A DNA stretch of 63,287 nucleotides, counting the filler, from Nemertoderma westbladi (Eukaryota > Animalia > Xenacoelomorpha), in NCBI GenBank assembly GCA_032718475.1. It is 3 parts of 3 records of this genome, joined end to end, with 100 filler letters (N's around TTAATTAATTAA, not from the genome) between each part and the next. Parts side by side here need not be neighbours in the genome. Positions count along the whole stretch, not along the records: positions 1 to 28,931 come from JAUCBJ010008762.1; positions 29,032 to 51,524 come from JAUCBJ010005390.1; 1 more part is not named here. The stretch is one strand, 5' to 3'. Shown in pieces: positions 26,301-38,765 of this stretch. Numbering within the stretch: the first letter of the stretch is position 1; each line of letters opens with the position of its first letter. The notes under the pieces are model-generated. The model made no database searches, was not told the DNA's origin, and worked only from the letters and a program-made list of their open reading frames with translations. The position numbers and the translations under genes were made by a program.

Positions 26301-28931
26301 ATCTGGTCTATGTACCCAACGTGTAGTAATACAAACAATCTGGTCTATGTACCCAACGTGTAGTAATACAAACAATCTGGTCTATGTACCCAACGTGTAG
26401 TAATACAAACAATCTGGTCTATGTACCCAACGTGTAGTAATACAAACAATCTGGTCTATGTACCCAACGTGTAGTAATACAAACAATCTGGTCTATGTAC
26501 CCAACGTGTAGTAATACAAACAATCTGGTCTATGTACCCAACGTGTAGTAATACAAACAATCTGGTCTATGTACCCAACGTGTAGTAATACAAACAATCT
26601 GGTCTATGTACCCAACGTGTAGTAATACAAACAATCTGGTCTATGTACCCAACGTGTAGTAATACAAACAATCTGGTCTATGTACCCAACGTGTAGTAAT
26701 ACAAACAATCTGGTCTATGTACCCAACGTGTAGTAATACAAACAATCTGGTCTATGTACCCAACGTGTAGTAATACAAACAATCTGGTCTATAGTATATG
26801 TACCCAACGTGTAGTAATACAAACAATCTGGTCTATGTACCCAACGTGTAGTAATACAAACAATCTGGTCTATGTACCCAACGTGTAGTAATACAAACAA
26901 TCTGGTCTATGTACCCAACGTGTAGTAATACAAACAATCTGGTCTATGTACCCAACGTGTAGTAATACAAACAATCTGGTCTATGTACCCAACGTGTAGT
27001 AATACAAACAATCTGGTCTATGTACCCAACGTGTAGTAATACAAACAATCTGGTCTTAGTATATGTACCCAACGTGTAGTAATACAAACAATCTGGTCTA
27101 TGTACCCAACGTGTAGTAATACAAACAATCTGGTCTATGTACCCAACGTGTAGTAATACAAACAATCTGGTCTATGTACCCAACGTGTAGTAATACAAAC
27201 AATCTGGTCTATGTACCCAACGTGTAGTAATACAAACAATCTGGTCTATGTACCCAACGTGTAGTAATACAAACAATCTGGTCTATGTACCCAACGTGTA
27301 GTAATACAAACAATCTGGTCTATGTACCCAACGTGTAGTAATACAAACAATCTGGTCTATAGTATATGTACCCAACGTGTAGTAATACAAACAATCTGGT
27401 CTATGTACCCAACGTGTAGTAATACAAACAATCTGGTCTATGTACCCAACGTGTAGTAATACAAACAATCTGGTCTATGTACCCAACGTGTAGTAATACA
27501 AACAATCTGGTCTATGTACCCAACGTGTAGTAATACAAACAATCTGGTCTATGTACCCAACGTGTAGTAATACAAACAATCTGGTCTATGTACCCAACGT
27601 GTAGTAATACAAACAATCTGGTCTATATAGTAATGTACCCAACGTGTAGTAATACAAACAATCTGGTCTATGTACCCAACGTGTAGTAATACAAACAATC
27701 TGGTCTATGTACCCAACGTGTAGTAATACAAACAATCTGGTCTATGTACCCAACGTGTAGTAATACAAACAATCTGGTCTATGTACCCAACGTGTAGTAA
27801 TACAAACAATCTGGTCTATGTACCCAACGTGTAGTAATACAAACAATCTGGTCTATGTACCCAACGTGTAGTAATACAAACAATCTGGTCTATGTACCCA
27901 ACGTGTAGTAATACAAACAATCTGGTCTATATAGTATATGTACCCAACGTGTAGTAATACAAACAATCTGGTCTATGTACCCAACGTGTAGTAATACAAA
28001 CAATCTGGTCTATGTACCCAACGTGTAGTAATACAAACAATCTGGTCTATGTACCCAACGTGTAGTAATACAAACAATCTGGTCTATGTACCCAACGTGT
28101 AGTAATACAAACAATCTGGTCTATGTACCCAACGTGTAGTAATACAAACAATCTGGTCTATGTACCCAACGTGTAGTAATACAAACAATCTGGTCTATGT
28201 ACCCAACGTGTAGTAATACAAACAATCTGGTCTATGTACCCAACGTGTAGTAATACAAACAATCTGGTCTATGTACCCAACGTGTAGTAATACAAACAAT
28301 CTGGTCTATGTACCCAACGTGTAGTAATACAAACAATCTGGTCTATGTACCCAACGTGTAGTAATACAAACAATCTGGTCTATGTACCCAACGTGTAGTA
28401 ATACAAACAATCTGGTCTATGTACCCAACGTGTAGTAATACAAACAATCTGGTCTATGTACCCAACGTGTAGTAATACAAACAATCTGGTCTATGTACCC
28501 AACGTGTAGTAATACAAACAATCTGGTCTATGTACCCAACGTGTAGTAATACAAACAATCTGGTCTATGTACCCAACGTGTAGTAATACAAACAATCTGG
28601 TCTATGTACCCAACGTGTAGTAATACAAACAATCTGGTCTATGTACCCAACGTGTAGTAATACAAACAATCTGGTCTATGTACCCAACGTGTAGTAATAC
28701 AAACAATCTGGTCTATGTACCCAACGTGTAGTAATACAAACAATCTGGTCTATGTACCCAACGTGTAGTAATACAAACAATCTGGTCTATGTACCCAACG
28801 TGTAGTAATACAAACAATCTGGTCTATGTACCCAACGTGTAGTAATACAAACAATCTGGTCTATGTACCCAACGTGTAGTAATACAAACAATCTGGTCTA
28901 TAGTACCCAACGTGTAGTAATACAAACAATC
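20337..28931. repeat. 37-bp satellite array (~230 copies, runs into the gap)
   Basis: Unit TGTAGTAATACAAACAATCTGGTCTATGTACCCAACG, highly homogeneous. Confidence 0.98.
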
Positions 28932-29031
28932 NNNNNNNNNNNNNNNNNNNNNNNNNNNNNNNNNNNNNNNNNNNNTTAATTAATTAANNNNNNNNNNNNN
29001 NNNNNNNNNNNNNNNNNNNNNNNNNNNNNNN
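28932..29031. other. Assembly gap with six-frame stop linker
   Basis: N44-TTAATTAATTAA-N44. Confidence 0.97.
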
Positions 29032-29989
29032 CTCTCTTACCTTCGGTATATCAAGAATATTGGGTGTCGGGGTTATTTCTCGTTATTCCAATATAATAAT
29101 TCATCAACAAATATAATGAATAACCGACAACAAATAGCAGTATGCAGTATTCACAGATCAATCGTGCCAGTTTGTTTTGATATTTACAGAGTTTAAAGCC
29201 AGGTTGTTTGATGCGTAATTGCAGCCAGTTAAAGGATATATGTCCTTGTAATTAAACCTACTAGTGTTGAGCTAAAAAGCATAAAACATAAAACACTAAA
29301 AAGCCGTTCTTTCGTGGCTATGAAAAACTCGTGACTACTGCTCTATACGAGGATACCAACTCCCTTATTCCACGAAGCTCCCGTTCAACACAGAGAAAGA
29401 GCAGTGAGATAGGAAATTTTCAGTTCAGTACTCTGTGATAGGTCAACATCAAGGATAACTCAAATTCTATTGGGAGATACAAAACAAGGCTATGATGCAA
29501 CCTCCCTAGGCTTGTTGGCCGATTAAACAGAGCCCAGATGCCTGCGTACAGCAAATCAGCCAATAAGCTGGTAACTTGCACTATTTTTAGCTGTAGATCA
29601 CTTTGAGAGTATTCTTAGCGACGGGGGGGGAACTGGCCAACAAGGCAAACAAATCAGTTATCCCACAAAAGCTTTTACAATGAGATTCCCCGAAAAGAAC
29701 CATAGAGTGTTAGGTTGCCCTTCTTGGGAACTGGCACCAACTTAATTGTTTTCATTTCTTGTGGGACTCTCATCATTCTGTACTGTACATGTCTACTAAG
29801 ATGGGGTAAATAAGCTCCAAACACTCTGGCATTTTATTTTAATAATAATAATATATTAATACTACAAGTATTTATTTAGCGCCAATACGCTGTGTTCTAG
29901 GCGCTTACAATATCACTCTTGAAGAAGTGAGGAGACAATAAAAGTTCAGATCTACAACTGAGTAAATCTTTAACCGGATGAGGCCCACT

Positions 29990-30950
29990 TTCAGTAATCA
30001 CGCTTTCAACTAATTGACCTTTGGTTTCATCTAACACTTTCTCACTAAATAACTTTAATTTTGCTCAGATAGTCCTGGCTCAGATACCATGAGTGCCGCG
30101 TGAGCATACTGAAACCCATATGTTATTTGGGTATGATTGTATTTATTAAGTCGATCATATAGTTCAAGATCATTATAATCTGCATCAACAGCTGATTGAC
30201 AGGTCCCCCTCGATTTCAAATAAACACAAATAAAAAATTGATTAAGACGCCGCAATCCCTGTAATGTGTGCCCTGTACGTTGCACCATGCCTTCATTGCC
30301 ATCATATAGAAGCTCCATTTTCAATGAGTATATGGCCTTTGTCAACCATTCTAACAGCTCTAGGTAGTCGACTCATGATTGGACATTATTTAGTTGTTCT
30401 GTGAGAAATTCAATATTATCAGGGGCATCAATGATCAGTTTACTATTACAGTTTGCCTGAGGGGTTGAATTTATATTTAGCCAACTCAATCAAAACTGTC
30501 AACTCAAACAAATCTAAATTTGAAGATCTCTGGTTCAGTTGATTAAGGATCTCTGGTACAGTCGATTTAAGGTTCTCTGGTCCAGTCTAGACACCAAGGC
30601 AGACTTCAAACACTTTGGATAATAGAACTTCCAGCATATGGTGTCTGCAGGCTAATCACAATAGTAGTCTGTGTAATGATACTTCAATAAGTACATTAGC
30701 TCCTAACTCGACATAATGTATTAAAATGCTGTTGTATTGAAGCAGAGGCCAATAACATCATTGGTTGCATTCCATTTCTGGAGCTATATTATTATAGCCT
30801 CTGGCACTGATTTACTAGTTCCAGATGGTAGCTTTAGCGCACCAAGCAACTTTGATGTTCCAGAATTTGATAGAAGCAGATAATTGGTCAACAAATTTTG
30901 GAGATGAACCTTTGCCAGCAATATCAGGTAACATTTTGCCATCAAGTGAA
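29990..30950 (-). pseudogene. Degraded hAT-superfamily (hATm-like) transposase
   Basis: Minus-strand motifs LCFNTTAFN, ACRHHMLEVLLSKVF (CxxH) and WLTKAIYSLK, with frameshifts. Confidence 0.6.
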
Positions 30951-31086
30951 ATATTGATTTTGTTGGAGTATAAGTTTCTATTATCTGTTTTGCTACTTCC
31001 TTACAATGTTTCTTACATAACCGGTGAACTGTCGACTTTGAGAGAACAGATGAGGTTGTGTATGTTGAAGGTCCAGCATTGTTTAA

Positions 31087-32498
31087 CCCTATTAGTACCG
31101 GGCTTTAAAATGTTGTACAAATACCGGTGGGGGGGGGGGGGGGGGGGGGGGGGGGGGTAATATTGATCCTCCCTCTAAAATGGACAAATTATAACGAAAC
31201 TTTCTGATTTTTTGTTTGTACGTAGATTTCACTAATTTGAATCCGACCGAAAAAAATTTCGAAAAACTGTACTGGGGTGGTTATTTTGAGGCACCAAAAT
31301 TTACCAGTAGTGAACAATTTTCATAAAATTTGAAAGTTACTATTTTCGGCTATTTGTTTTTGAATACAGGTTTTCTAGGGCGGAAAATCCATTGAGGTAG
31401 ATATTTAAAATTGATCTGATTAGTATAAATAGCTGTTTTAGTCCTCTATGTAGGCAAAAAATGAAAAAACAAGTAACCAGCACTTTTCACAGTTTGAACA
31501 CAAAATTTTTAATTTTCACATTTTTAATTTTAATTTTCACATTCCCCAGAGGTTTTCTGGGGCGCTGATACTAATGGAATACATTTCTAATTTGCCAGAT
31601 CATAGTCTTCACATGATAGTTCATAGATCATAATTTTATGGCATGATATGGCAAATTTTGGTGCTAGCACCAAATTTCGTACCATACTAAAAATTACAAG
31701 TTTGAGATATCCAGTGCTGTTTTTAATGATTCCATCGGATTCAGGACCCTCAAAAACCCATATAACGTAAGAAAGAAGATGATACTATCCATTGATCAAT
31801 TTGCTTATATTCAAAAATGTTCACCCACCGGCGAAAAATACAAGTTTGAAAACTCTTATGCAATTTTTACTTATTCCATGAATTCAGAGCCCTAAAAATC
31901 CGTTTAACGCAAGAAAAAAGGTGACACAATCAATTGATATATTTGATGGATTTCAAAATTTGGTGCTAGCACTAAATTTTGCACCCACTTCCGAAAAATA
32001 CGAGTTTGAGATGTTTAGTTAGATAATTATTTATTCCATTGAATTCAGAACCGCCATAAATATCTAAAACACGAGAAATAAGTTGTCACAAGCAATTGAA
32101 CTATTGAATGTATTTTCAAAATTTGGTGCTGGCACCAAAAATTGGCACCTGCCGAAAAAAAAACAAGTTTAAATTTCTAAATTAATTTATATGATTCTAC
32201 CTAATTGCAAACACCAAAATACCGGTGTAAATCAAAAATAGAGACATTACAAATCATATTTCATGCAATGTAATTTTCAAAGAACGTCACAAATAAAGTG
32301 CTAAAAGTAGAGTTAAAAATGGTGCTATAACTCGAAAACGATATTTGTGAAAACCGTTTTCACTATTAAGATGACAATAGATTTTTAAGAAAATGTCATA
32401 AAATTTCAGATTCCCAACTGCGTTTGTTTCAGAATTATAACAAAAAAACCACGAAGGTAGGTCATATTGACCCCCCCCCCCCCCGCGGTTTAATAGGG
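31087..32498. mobile_element. piggyBac-like non-autonomous element
   Basis: TTAA|CCCTATTA ... TAATAGGG|TTAA. A related left-end fragment lies at ~44430-44720. Confidence 0.8.
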
Positions 32499-32668
32499 TT
32501 AATGTTGAAGAAATGGATGTTTATGATTTAATGTTGAAGAAATGGATGTTTATGATTTAATGTTGAAGAACCAATTAATTTAACAAGAACAATCTCCTCA
32601 TTGATTATCGATTATCGATTAAACACAATCTTCGGCAATAATATGAATTAAAATTTTTGTGTTGGAAT

Positions 32669-33080
32669 TCAAGGCTTCTCCCCAAAATTGTATAACTTAA
32701 AACCTGCAAGGACAACACGCCATGGTGATGGGGCCCTGTCAAGCAAGAAAACTAGACATCCATGAAAGCACACTTCCTCCAACGCCCATATTAGCCAATT
32801 TGTACAGTAACCCGTTATGATGCACTTTTCGAAAGGTTTGCTTATATCAAGGAATGCGAACTTCTCGCTAACTATCATGCGAACTTCTTTCCCAGAATCG
32901 AGTGCCATAGCTAATGCGTTGTGCTAAGACTGGTAATCATCAACTGGTAAAGAGTCCCCTTACCCTTTTGAAGCCATATTGAATTTTGGATAAGAAATTA
33001 ATAATATAGTTGTAAAGAACACCATATTCTGAACGCCCAAAAAGTTAACCCAAATTGCTAGTCAGTGCAATAGGCCGGAA
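32669..33080 (-). pseudogene. Degraded LINE RT fragment
   Basis: ALDSGKEV...FLDISKPFEK, resembling the FLDISKAFDKV RT motif. Confidence 0.55.
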
Positions 33081-33149
33081 TTGTGTACAAAAAACAAAAT
33101 ATCAGTTTTGAATTGGAGAATCTTTTAGGCTCATTAAAGCCTAGGAATG

Positions 33150-33355
33150 CCTCTTCACCACCATGGGTGATCTTCCACAGTAAACCCTTCCACTCTGTTT
33201 CCCAAGTTGCCTTGGTTCCCATTTATCGACCACTGAAGGATAAAAGCCGGGGTTGGGCTAGGCTGCAGCATTCAAAGTACTGTGCCCAAACAGTGCTGCC
33301 CCATCTAGGGATCGAACCAGGGCCTCGCCCATGAATGCTACCAATAGACCAAGCT
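33150..33355 (-). mobile_element. tRNA-derived SINE-like element
   Basis: Minus strand has A box TGGTCTATTGG and B box GGTTCGATCCC, followed by TTTTATCCTTCAGTGGTCGATAAATGGG, which resembles a conserved metazoan SINE central domain. Confidence 0.55.
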
Positions 33356-33648
33356 GTTAGACAAAATATCAGTTTTAGGTAAGGGAAAAACAAAGCAAGT
33401 ATTCCAGGCTTTAAGTGTGTGTTGCATTGTCAAAAATATATTGAAACAAACGAACTATTTCATTAATAATCACGGGTAAGCCGGCTCTGATAATTATTTT
33501 CATTCAGCTTACAGGGAAATGCTTGTATTCTTCATATGACCGTTTTATGCACTAAACGATTATACAATTTTTATATCACCTAATCATTTTAAACATATAA
33601 TTTATAAATCACATCGAATCATCAAGTTACTAACTCAAATTTTTTATA

Positions 33649-35843
33649 TAGATCATGGTCACGTAAAATAGCCCAATATTGGACATTTGGATTAGTACTT
33701 CATCTGTTATGTTTTGCGTGGTCAAATTGTGGCTGCCTTGCAGTCGTTTTTCTATGTAGATTAAATTGAAATGTGAAATTAGAAAAAGTGAAATTAAAAT
33801 GTAGGTATTTTTTTACGAAGTTAGAACAGTTTGAAACATGTGATTGATTTGTGGCTCGAATTGATGTGGCTCCCAATTCTTACGTTTTCTAAGTGCAATT
33901 TATGTCTAAAATATTATACAATGTTAAACCTATTTCTCGCAGAAAATTTGCTTGAATAATTAATTTGTTTGAAAAAGTGAAAATTTTGAGGTTTCCTATA
34001 TCCCAGAGCATAATATGTGGCTCCAAATCTATGAATAGCTTTATAGTACCACTCGTATATCAATTACATGTAATTTGTTAAAAAATTAGTGATTTTGTTA
34101 GCACTATTTAATAATAATTTAGATATTTTATTATAAGTGATTTAATTGAGGTGGCTTTGACAGTTACTTTGTTTCGACGTTCACTTCATTTTCTTAGATA
34201 AGAATTAATAATTTTCTTCCTTTTTTCAAAGTTTATAAACATTATACAGTACCATACAGTACAACTTAAATGGGCGCTCAAGAATATTTTGTTGAACTAC
34301 AGTATATTTAACTGTAACTCATTCCCTCGGCCAGTGACTTCTTTGCGGCTCTCCTTCCTTCATATTCTTGTTTACTTTCTATGAAATTGGTGATTTATCC
34401 CAAACAATTATTTAAGTGTAGCTGGATCATCGCAGTTCCAGGTTATTGTATTTAAACCATATAGCGATTGTTTCAGCGCTGCACCATATCTATGATCCTG
34501 TGATAAATGCCTATATGAATTAGAGTCTTGCGATTTATTCTGTGTAGGCATATACACACATGTAGTACAAAAGAAGAAAACATTTGTATTGCGGTCAGGC
34601 GTTGTGAAACCAAGTACATCAGACTTAGTGAATGATGATCGTTCTGTAGATTATGATGCTGAAGTACTGTTGAATGAGGGTACCATTTGTGCAGTTGATA
34701 CAAGTAGTATTTCTTGTGAGAGTCTGGTTTGTGTTTGTGGTAAATGAAGGTACAGCATTACAGGAGGCAACTGATGATTTCGGACATGTTGTTGTAGAAA
34801 GGCATCACTATATAACTTGTCATTATATAGAAAAATGCAAATCGTTAAAATGAGGGGAAGTTTACAAGGTAATTCGTAACAAAAAGGCCTATATATTTAA
34901 GGAAAGCATTTTATATTCTTTCGTTAACTTTGAAAGGGATTTCAAGGGGATTAAAGACAATTTATTTCTATCGAACGTTGACTATTATTGCGAGGTTATT
35001 AACTATATAGATCAACTACACTAAATTTCAAAGTTTAATTACATATCGAAGCCGCCTGATCGTCACTTTTAATTAGAAAGATTGTTTATTTTTTTTCAAA
35101 ATAAACACAAGAACAATTTTGCAAGCTTTTGAGCGCACCCATTAAAGTTGTTTAAATTTTTCATATAAAACTTCAAAAACTTACCTGCCTATTGAACCAC
35201 CAAATCAACACATTTAATTTAAAAATTCGTTTTTTATCTTTTGGAAAATGTTGAAAGAACTATTTTTCTAGAATTCTTGTTCACCCACGAGTTTTTTTTT
35301 GCAATTTATAGTCTAAAGTTTCAAAAGATTAAGTTCATATTGAAACCGCCAAATCGTCACATTAAATGAATAAAATACTTTTTTATCTTTTGTAATATGT
35401 TAAAAAACAATTTTGACAATCTTTTGGCGCACTTATACGTATTATTTTTATTTTTTTATTCTTTATAAAGAATACAATTTTGGTTTTATATATTTTTTAT
35501 ATCAAAAAGAAGCCACAAATACTTCCCATTTTCATTTAAAAGTGGATCACATTTATATGCCACGAGAATGAAAGGTATTTAATATGCCCAAATGAATGAG
35601 TTTTATTTCCCTCCCAGAGAATGACACAGCCTGGGAGACTATTAAGTGGTTCGAGCTAACTTTACCTATTGAGCCACTTATATACCACATTTTTCAAAAA
35701 TTTCTTTTGGAAATAAATTTTCTTAGTAAACTGTGAAAATTGCAGGTCATAAAATGTAAAATTGTTCTTTCTATAGAGGTTTAAAGAAAAAAGTGGATTT
35801 TCTGGTACTTTTCAAATGTCCAATTTTATTTGACCATGATCTA
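33649..35843. mobile_element. TIR DNA element with decayed interior, superfamily unresolved
   Basis: TIR TAGATCATGGTCA / TGACCATGATCTA flanked by TA; subterminal TTGGACATTTG / CAAATGTCCAA. Confidence 0.65.
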
Positions 35844-38364
35844 TATTAAAATATGTTTTGTACAATTTTGAATATATACAATTTTGTATATTTGTAATCT
35901 GTACATTGAAAAATATACTTCATAGTATAGGGTCAGCGTATTAGTATAAGTAATATAATTTGTCAATTTTTGTTTAATTTGATGTGGAATAAATAATATA
36001 ATAAGAAAATGTTATTACCCTTACGAATCCTTCCGAGGTCGTTAATTGGGCTAATATAAATAAATCAATCTACTGACATGTGTGGGGGTGACACGCCCAC
36101 CTACTTTATAATGCTGAATGGGGCATATGATGTGGAAGGTAATCGCGGGCTCTGTGGCTTCAGGTTACAAGAAATACATTGTGATAGCACTCGGTCCCTG
36201 TTGGGTTGGTACATGTGGGCGCAAGTACACAAGCAAGAGGTTATTAACCTCTTGCATGTCAAATACCTGAAGTAACTCCTAAATAACATTATGAATTGAA
36301 CTATCTTGTAACTGTCAACCATATAGAGGGGGTTGTTACATGGGAAGACCTTGATGGGGCTCGAACCAGTGGCGGTTGTGCAGATGGCCTTCTTTGGAAG
36401 GATATGCTGCTGTGGCATGATGGCCACAGTTCAGGGCTCAGAGATTTTGAGCGAGTTGGCCTCCCAGCAGGAATAGAGATAGTTGTTTAATTTCATTTTG
36501 TTCGTTCGCAACCTGTGTGACAAATCTGGGGAAATGAAATATGAAGTGAAAGTAGCAGAGGCGAAGAATATAATCATTTCTTTGAACCCTCGTTTTAAAA
36601 AATTTGTTACAAGATAGGAGGATCGTATATAATGAGTTCGCGATCTGCTTCATGTTCTCTCATTTCCAGTGGAGCAACAGCCGCAAAGTTCCTCAATTTC
36701 ATTAACATAAACATCTTACCTTGAAATGTTGAAGGGGACTCAACAACTATCTGTACCTAAATAAATACACAGTGGAGCACAATCTATATGATTAAAAAGA
36801 GTCAAGTTTATTTAATGTAACTATTTATTATAAGTGCATTATAGTACAATTTATTAATTTATAATGACGAGATATATAAAAATTATTAATAATACATAAT
36901 AACATACATATAACAATATATAATAATAATACATTAAAATAATTTATCGTTATTAATTTACTTATAACAAATTAAATCGATCTCAATCAATAAATAATAT
37001 TAATTTATTTATGTAATTTATACAGTAATTAATAAATAATTATTAATTACTGTAGATGAAAGAAGAATAGAAGATACCTACAATGTGGGTAATAAAATAA
37101 TACTAATGTGTTATTATAATAGTGAGTAGGTAGTATAGCTGAATAATATTAGAATGCAAATCCCTTCCCACACACAACCGAACTCTTGGCATTTGATTTG
37201 ATTAGAATGAGATACACTGGAGAAGAAAGGTTGAAGTCACCAAAGTGACCACCTACCAATGAAGATGGAAGAATATAATGCAGCTGGGATTGGTTTGTAG
37301 TTTGATTTCCGGCCATTACGTCAGTAAAAACATATGGATCACAGAGTCCACCAATTCGGCTGGCCGGCATTGCCTATAATTACTGAGGATTAAAATTTCC
37401 ACTCGATGTACTTCTTCTATTATTAACACTAAGGATTCATTAACAGTAAAATTGAACAATGACATAATTAAAGTCAATTCACTTCCTGTTTGCTTTCCCT
37501 TTAGGCTTTTGTAGGTTGATTACAATATGTCTCTCTGAAAGGGTAAAGTGTATGTGGTGTTAGTTAACCTGCTATACAGTTAACATCCGAGGATTTGGTC
37601 TCATCTGTAGGCGAGTCTCAAGTGTTTCCCATACAATAAGACTACTGTATCAGGGATCGTACGGTAGTTACTTTTTGCGGTGGCGGGAGCGCTAACGGTA
37701 TGGCTTTGCGGTAGCGGTTTTTATCGCGGTAGTAAAAAATGTAGCAGGTATTATTGAAGTCAGACGCCCACTTTTGGACAACTTTTTTTTAAAGTGTTAT
37801 TGGCGTTTATTTTTGGTAAATTGTTTTCTATTAATATTATTAATTAAAAAATTTTAATTTCTTTTTGTTTTTGATGACAGAAAAATACGATACAAAACGA
37901 ATCAATTTTTCATATGTAATGTGTAACTGCTCTAATGATGGCTGAACGTTTATTTTGCATGTAATTGTAAGAAAATGCAATATGATACGAAAAAAGTTTT
38001 CTAATTTTTTCGTATCATAAAAAAAATTTATATCTTATTATTTCCATAGTTATACAAAGTCAGGATTATTATTTTAGAAAATTATTTGACGAAATTATTT
38101 GATTATTACCATTGCTGCATTGCTGAACAAACCCATTATATTACACCTTTAATTACAGTTGCAACAGCTCATCTCCAATTTATTTAATTAATATCACCTG
38201 GCAGCAATACTCGAGCTGAATATGTATTTATTTGTACTTCCCTCCTGTTTCACTCTAGTATACTTGATGCCGTTAGGTCCGCTGTTAGAGATAGAATATA
38301 TGCAACTTAAGACTGCCCGTTCAATAGAAGTGGATTAGGTGGGACTGTGAGTGTCAGGGGCTAG

Positions 38365-38457
38365 TGGCTGAGCTGGTTAGCGCTACTGATGAGGCCTGGT
38401 AGGCCGAAACGTACGTATAGCGCTGGTTCAACCCCCGGTGACGCGCTCTCATTTTTT
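38365..38457 (+). promoter_or_regulatory. tRNA-type internal Pol III promoter (A box 38365-38376, B box 38425-38435) and T6 terminator (38452-38457); repeated at +341
   Basis: TGGCTGAGCTGG fits TRGCNNARYNGG; GGTTCAACCCC fits GGTTCRANNCC; TTTTTT follows downstream. Confidence 0.75.
38379..38424 (+). ncRNA. Type I hammerhead ribozyme, copy 1 (predicted cleavage after GUA, 38417)
   Basis: Stem I AGCGCTA/TAGCGCT; core CTGATGA; stem II GGCCT-GGT-AGGCC; GAAA; short stem III AC-GTAC-GT; cleavage triplet GTA. Confidence 0.93.
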
Positions 38458-38719
38458 CCACTTCTGAACAAACCCATTATATTACACCTTTAATTACAGT
38501 TGCAACAGCTCATCTCCAATTTATTTAATTAATATCACCTGGCAGCAATACTCGAGCTGAATATGTATTTATTTGTACTTCCCTCCTGTTTCACTCTAGT
38601 ATACTTGAGGCCGTTAGGTCCGCTGTTAGAGATAGAATATTTGCAACTTAAGACTGCCCGTTCAATAGAAGTGGATTAGGTGGGACTGTGAGTGTCAGGC
38701 ACTAGTGGCTGAGCTGGTT

Positions 38720-38765
38720 AGCGCTACTGATGAGGCCTGCTAGGCCGAAACGTAAGTATAGCGCT
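38720..38765 (+). ncRNA. Type I hammerhead ribozyme, copy 2 (predicted cleavage after 38758)
   Basis: Same core and stems; differs from copy 1 only in loops (GCT in loop II, GTAA in loop III). Confidence 0.93.

Noticed and set aside
20337-28931. CRISPR-like array (also 4583-8358 and 61783-62543)
   Set aside because: Head-to-tail units with no unique spacers, no cas genes and a eukaryotic context. These are satellites, and their ORFs are spurious.
28932-29031. TTAATTAATTAA motif within the N runs (also 51525-51624)
   Set aside because: Artificial six-frame stop linker. Adjacency across the gaps, including RTE next to Gypsy pol, is not established.
36050-37640. Short ORFs as a possible host gene or Penelope element
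   Set aside because: No recognisable GIY-YIG, RT or other motifs and no consistent exon structure. Left unassigned.
38355-38445. Functional tRNA gene at the ribozyme unit
   Set aside because: It has A/B boxes but no anticodon arm or proper acceptor stem, so it is tRNA-like only in promoter and scaffold.
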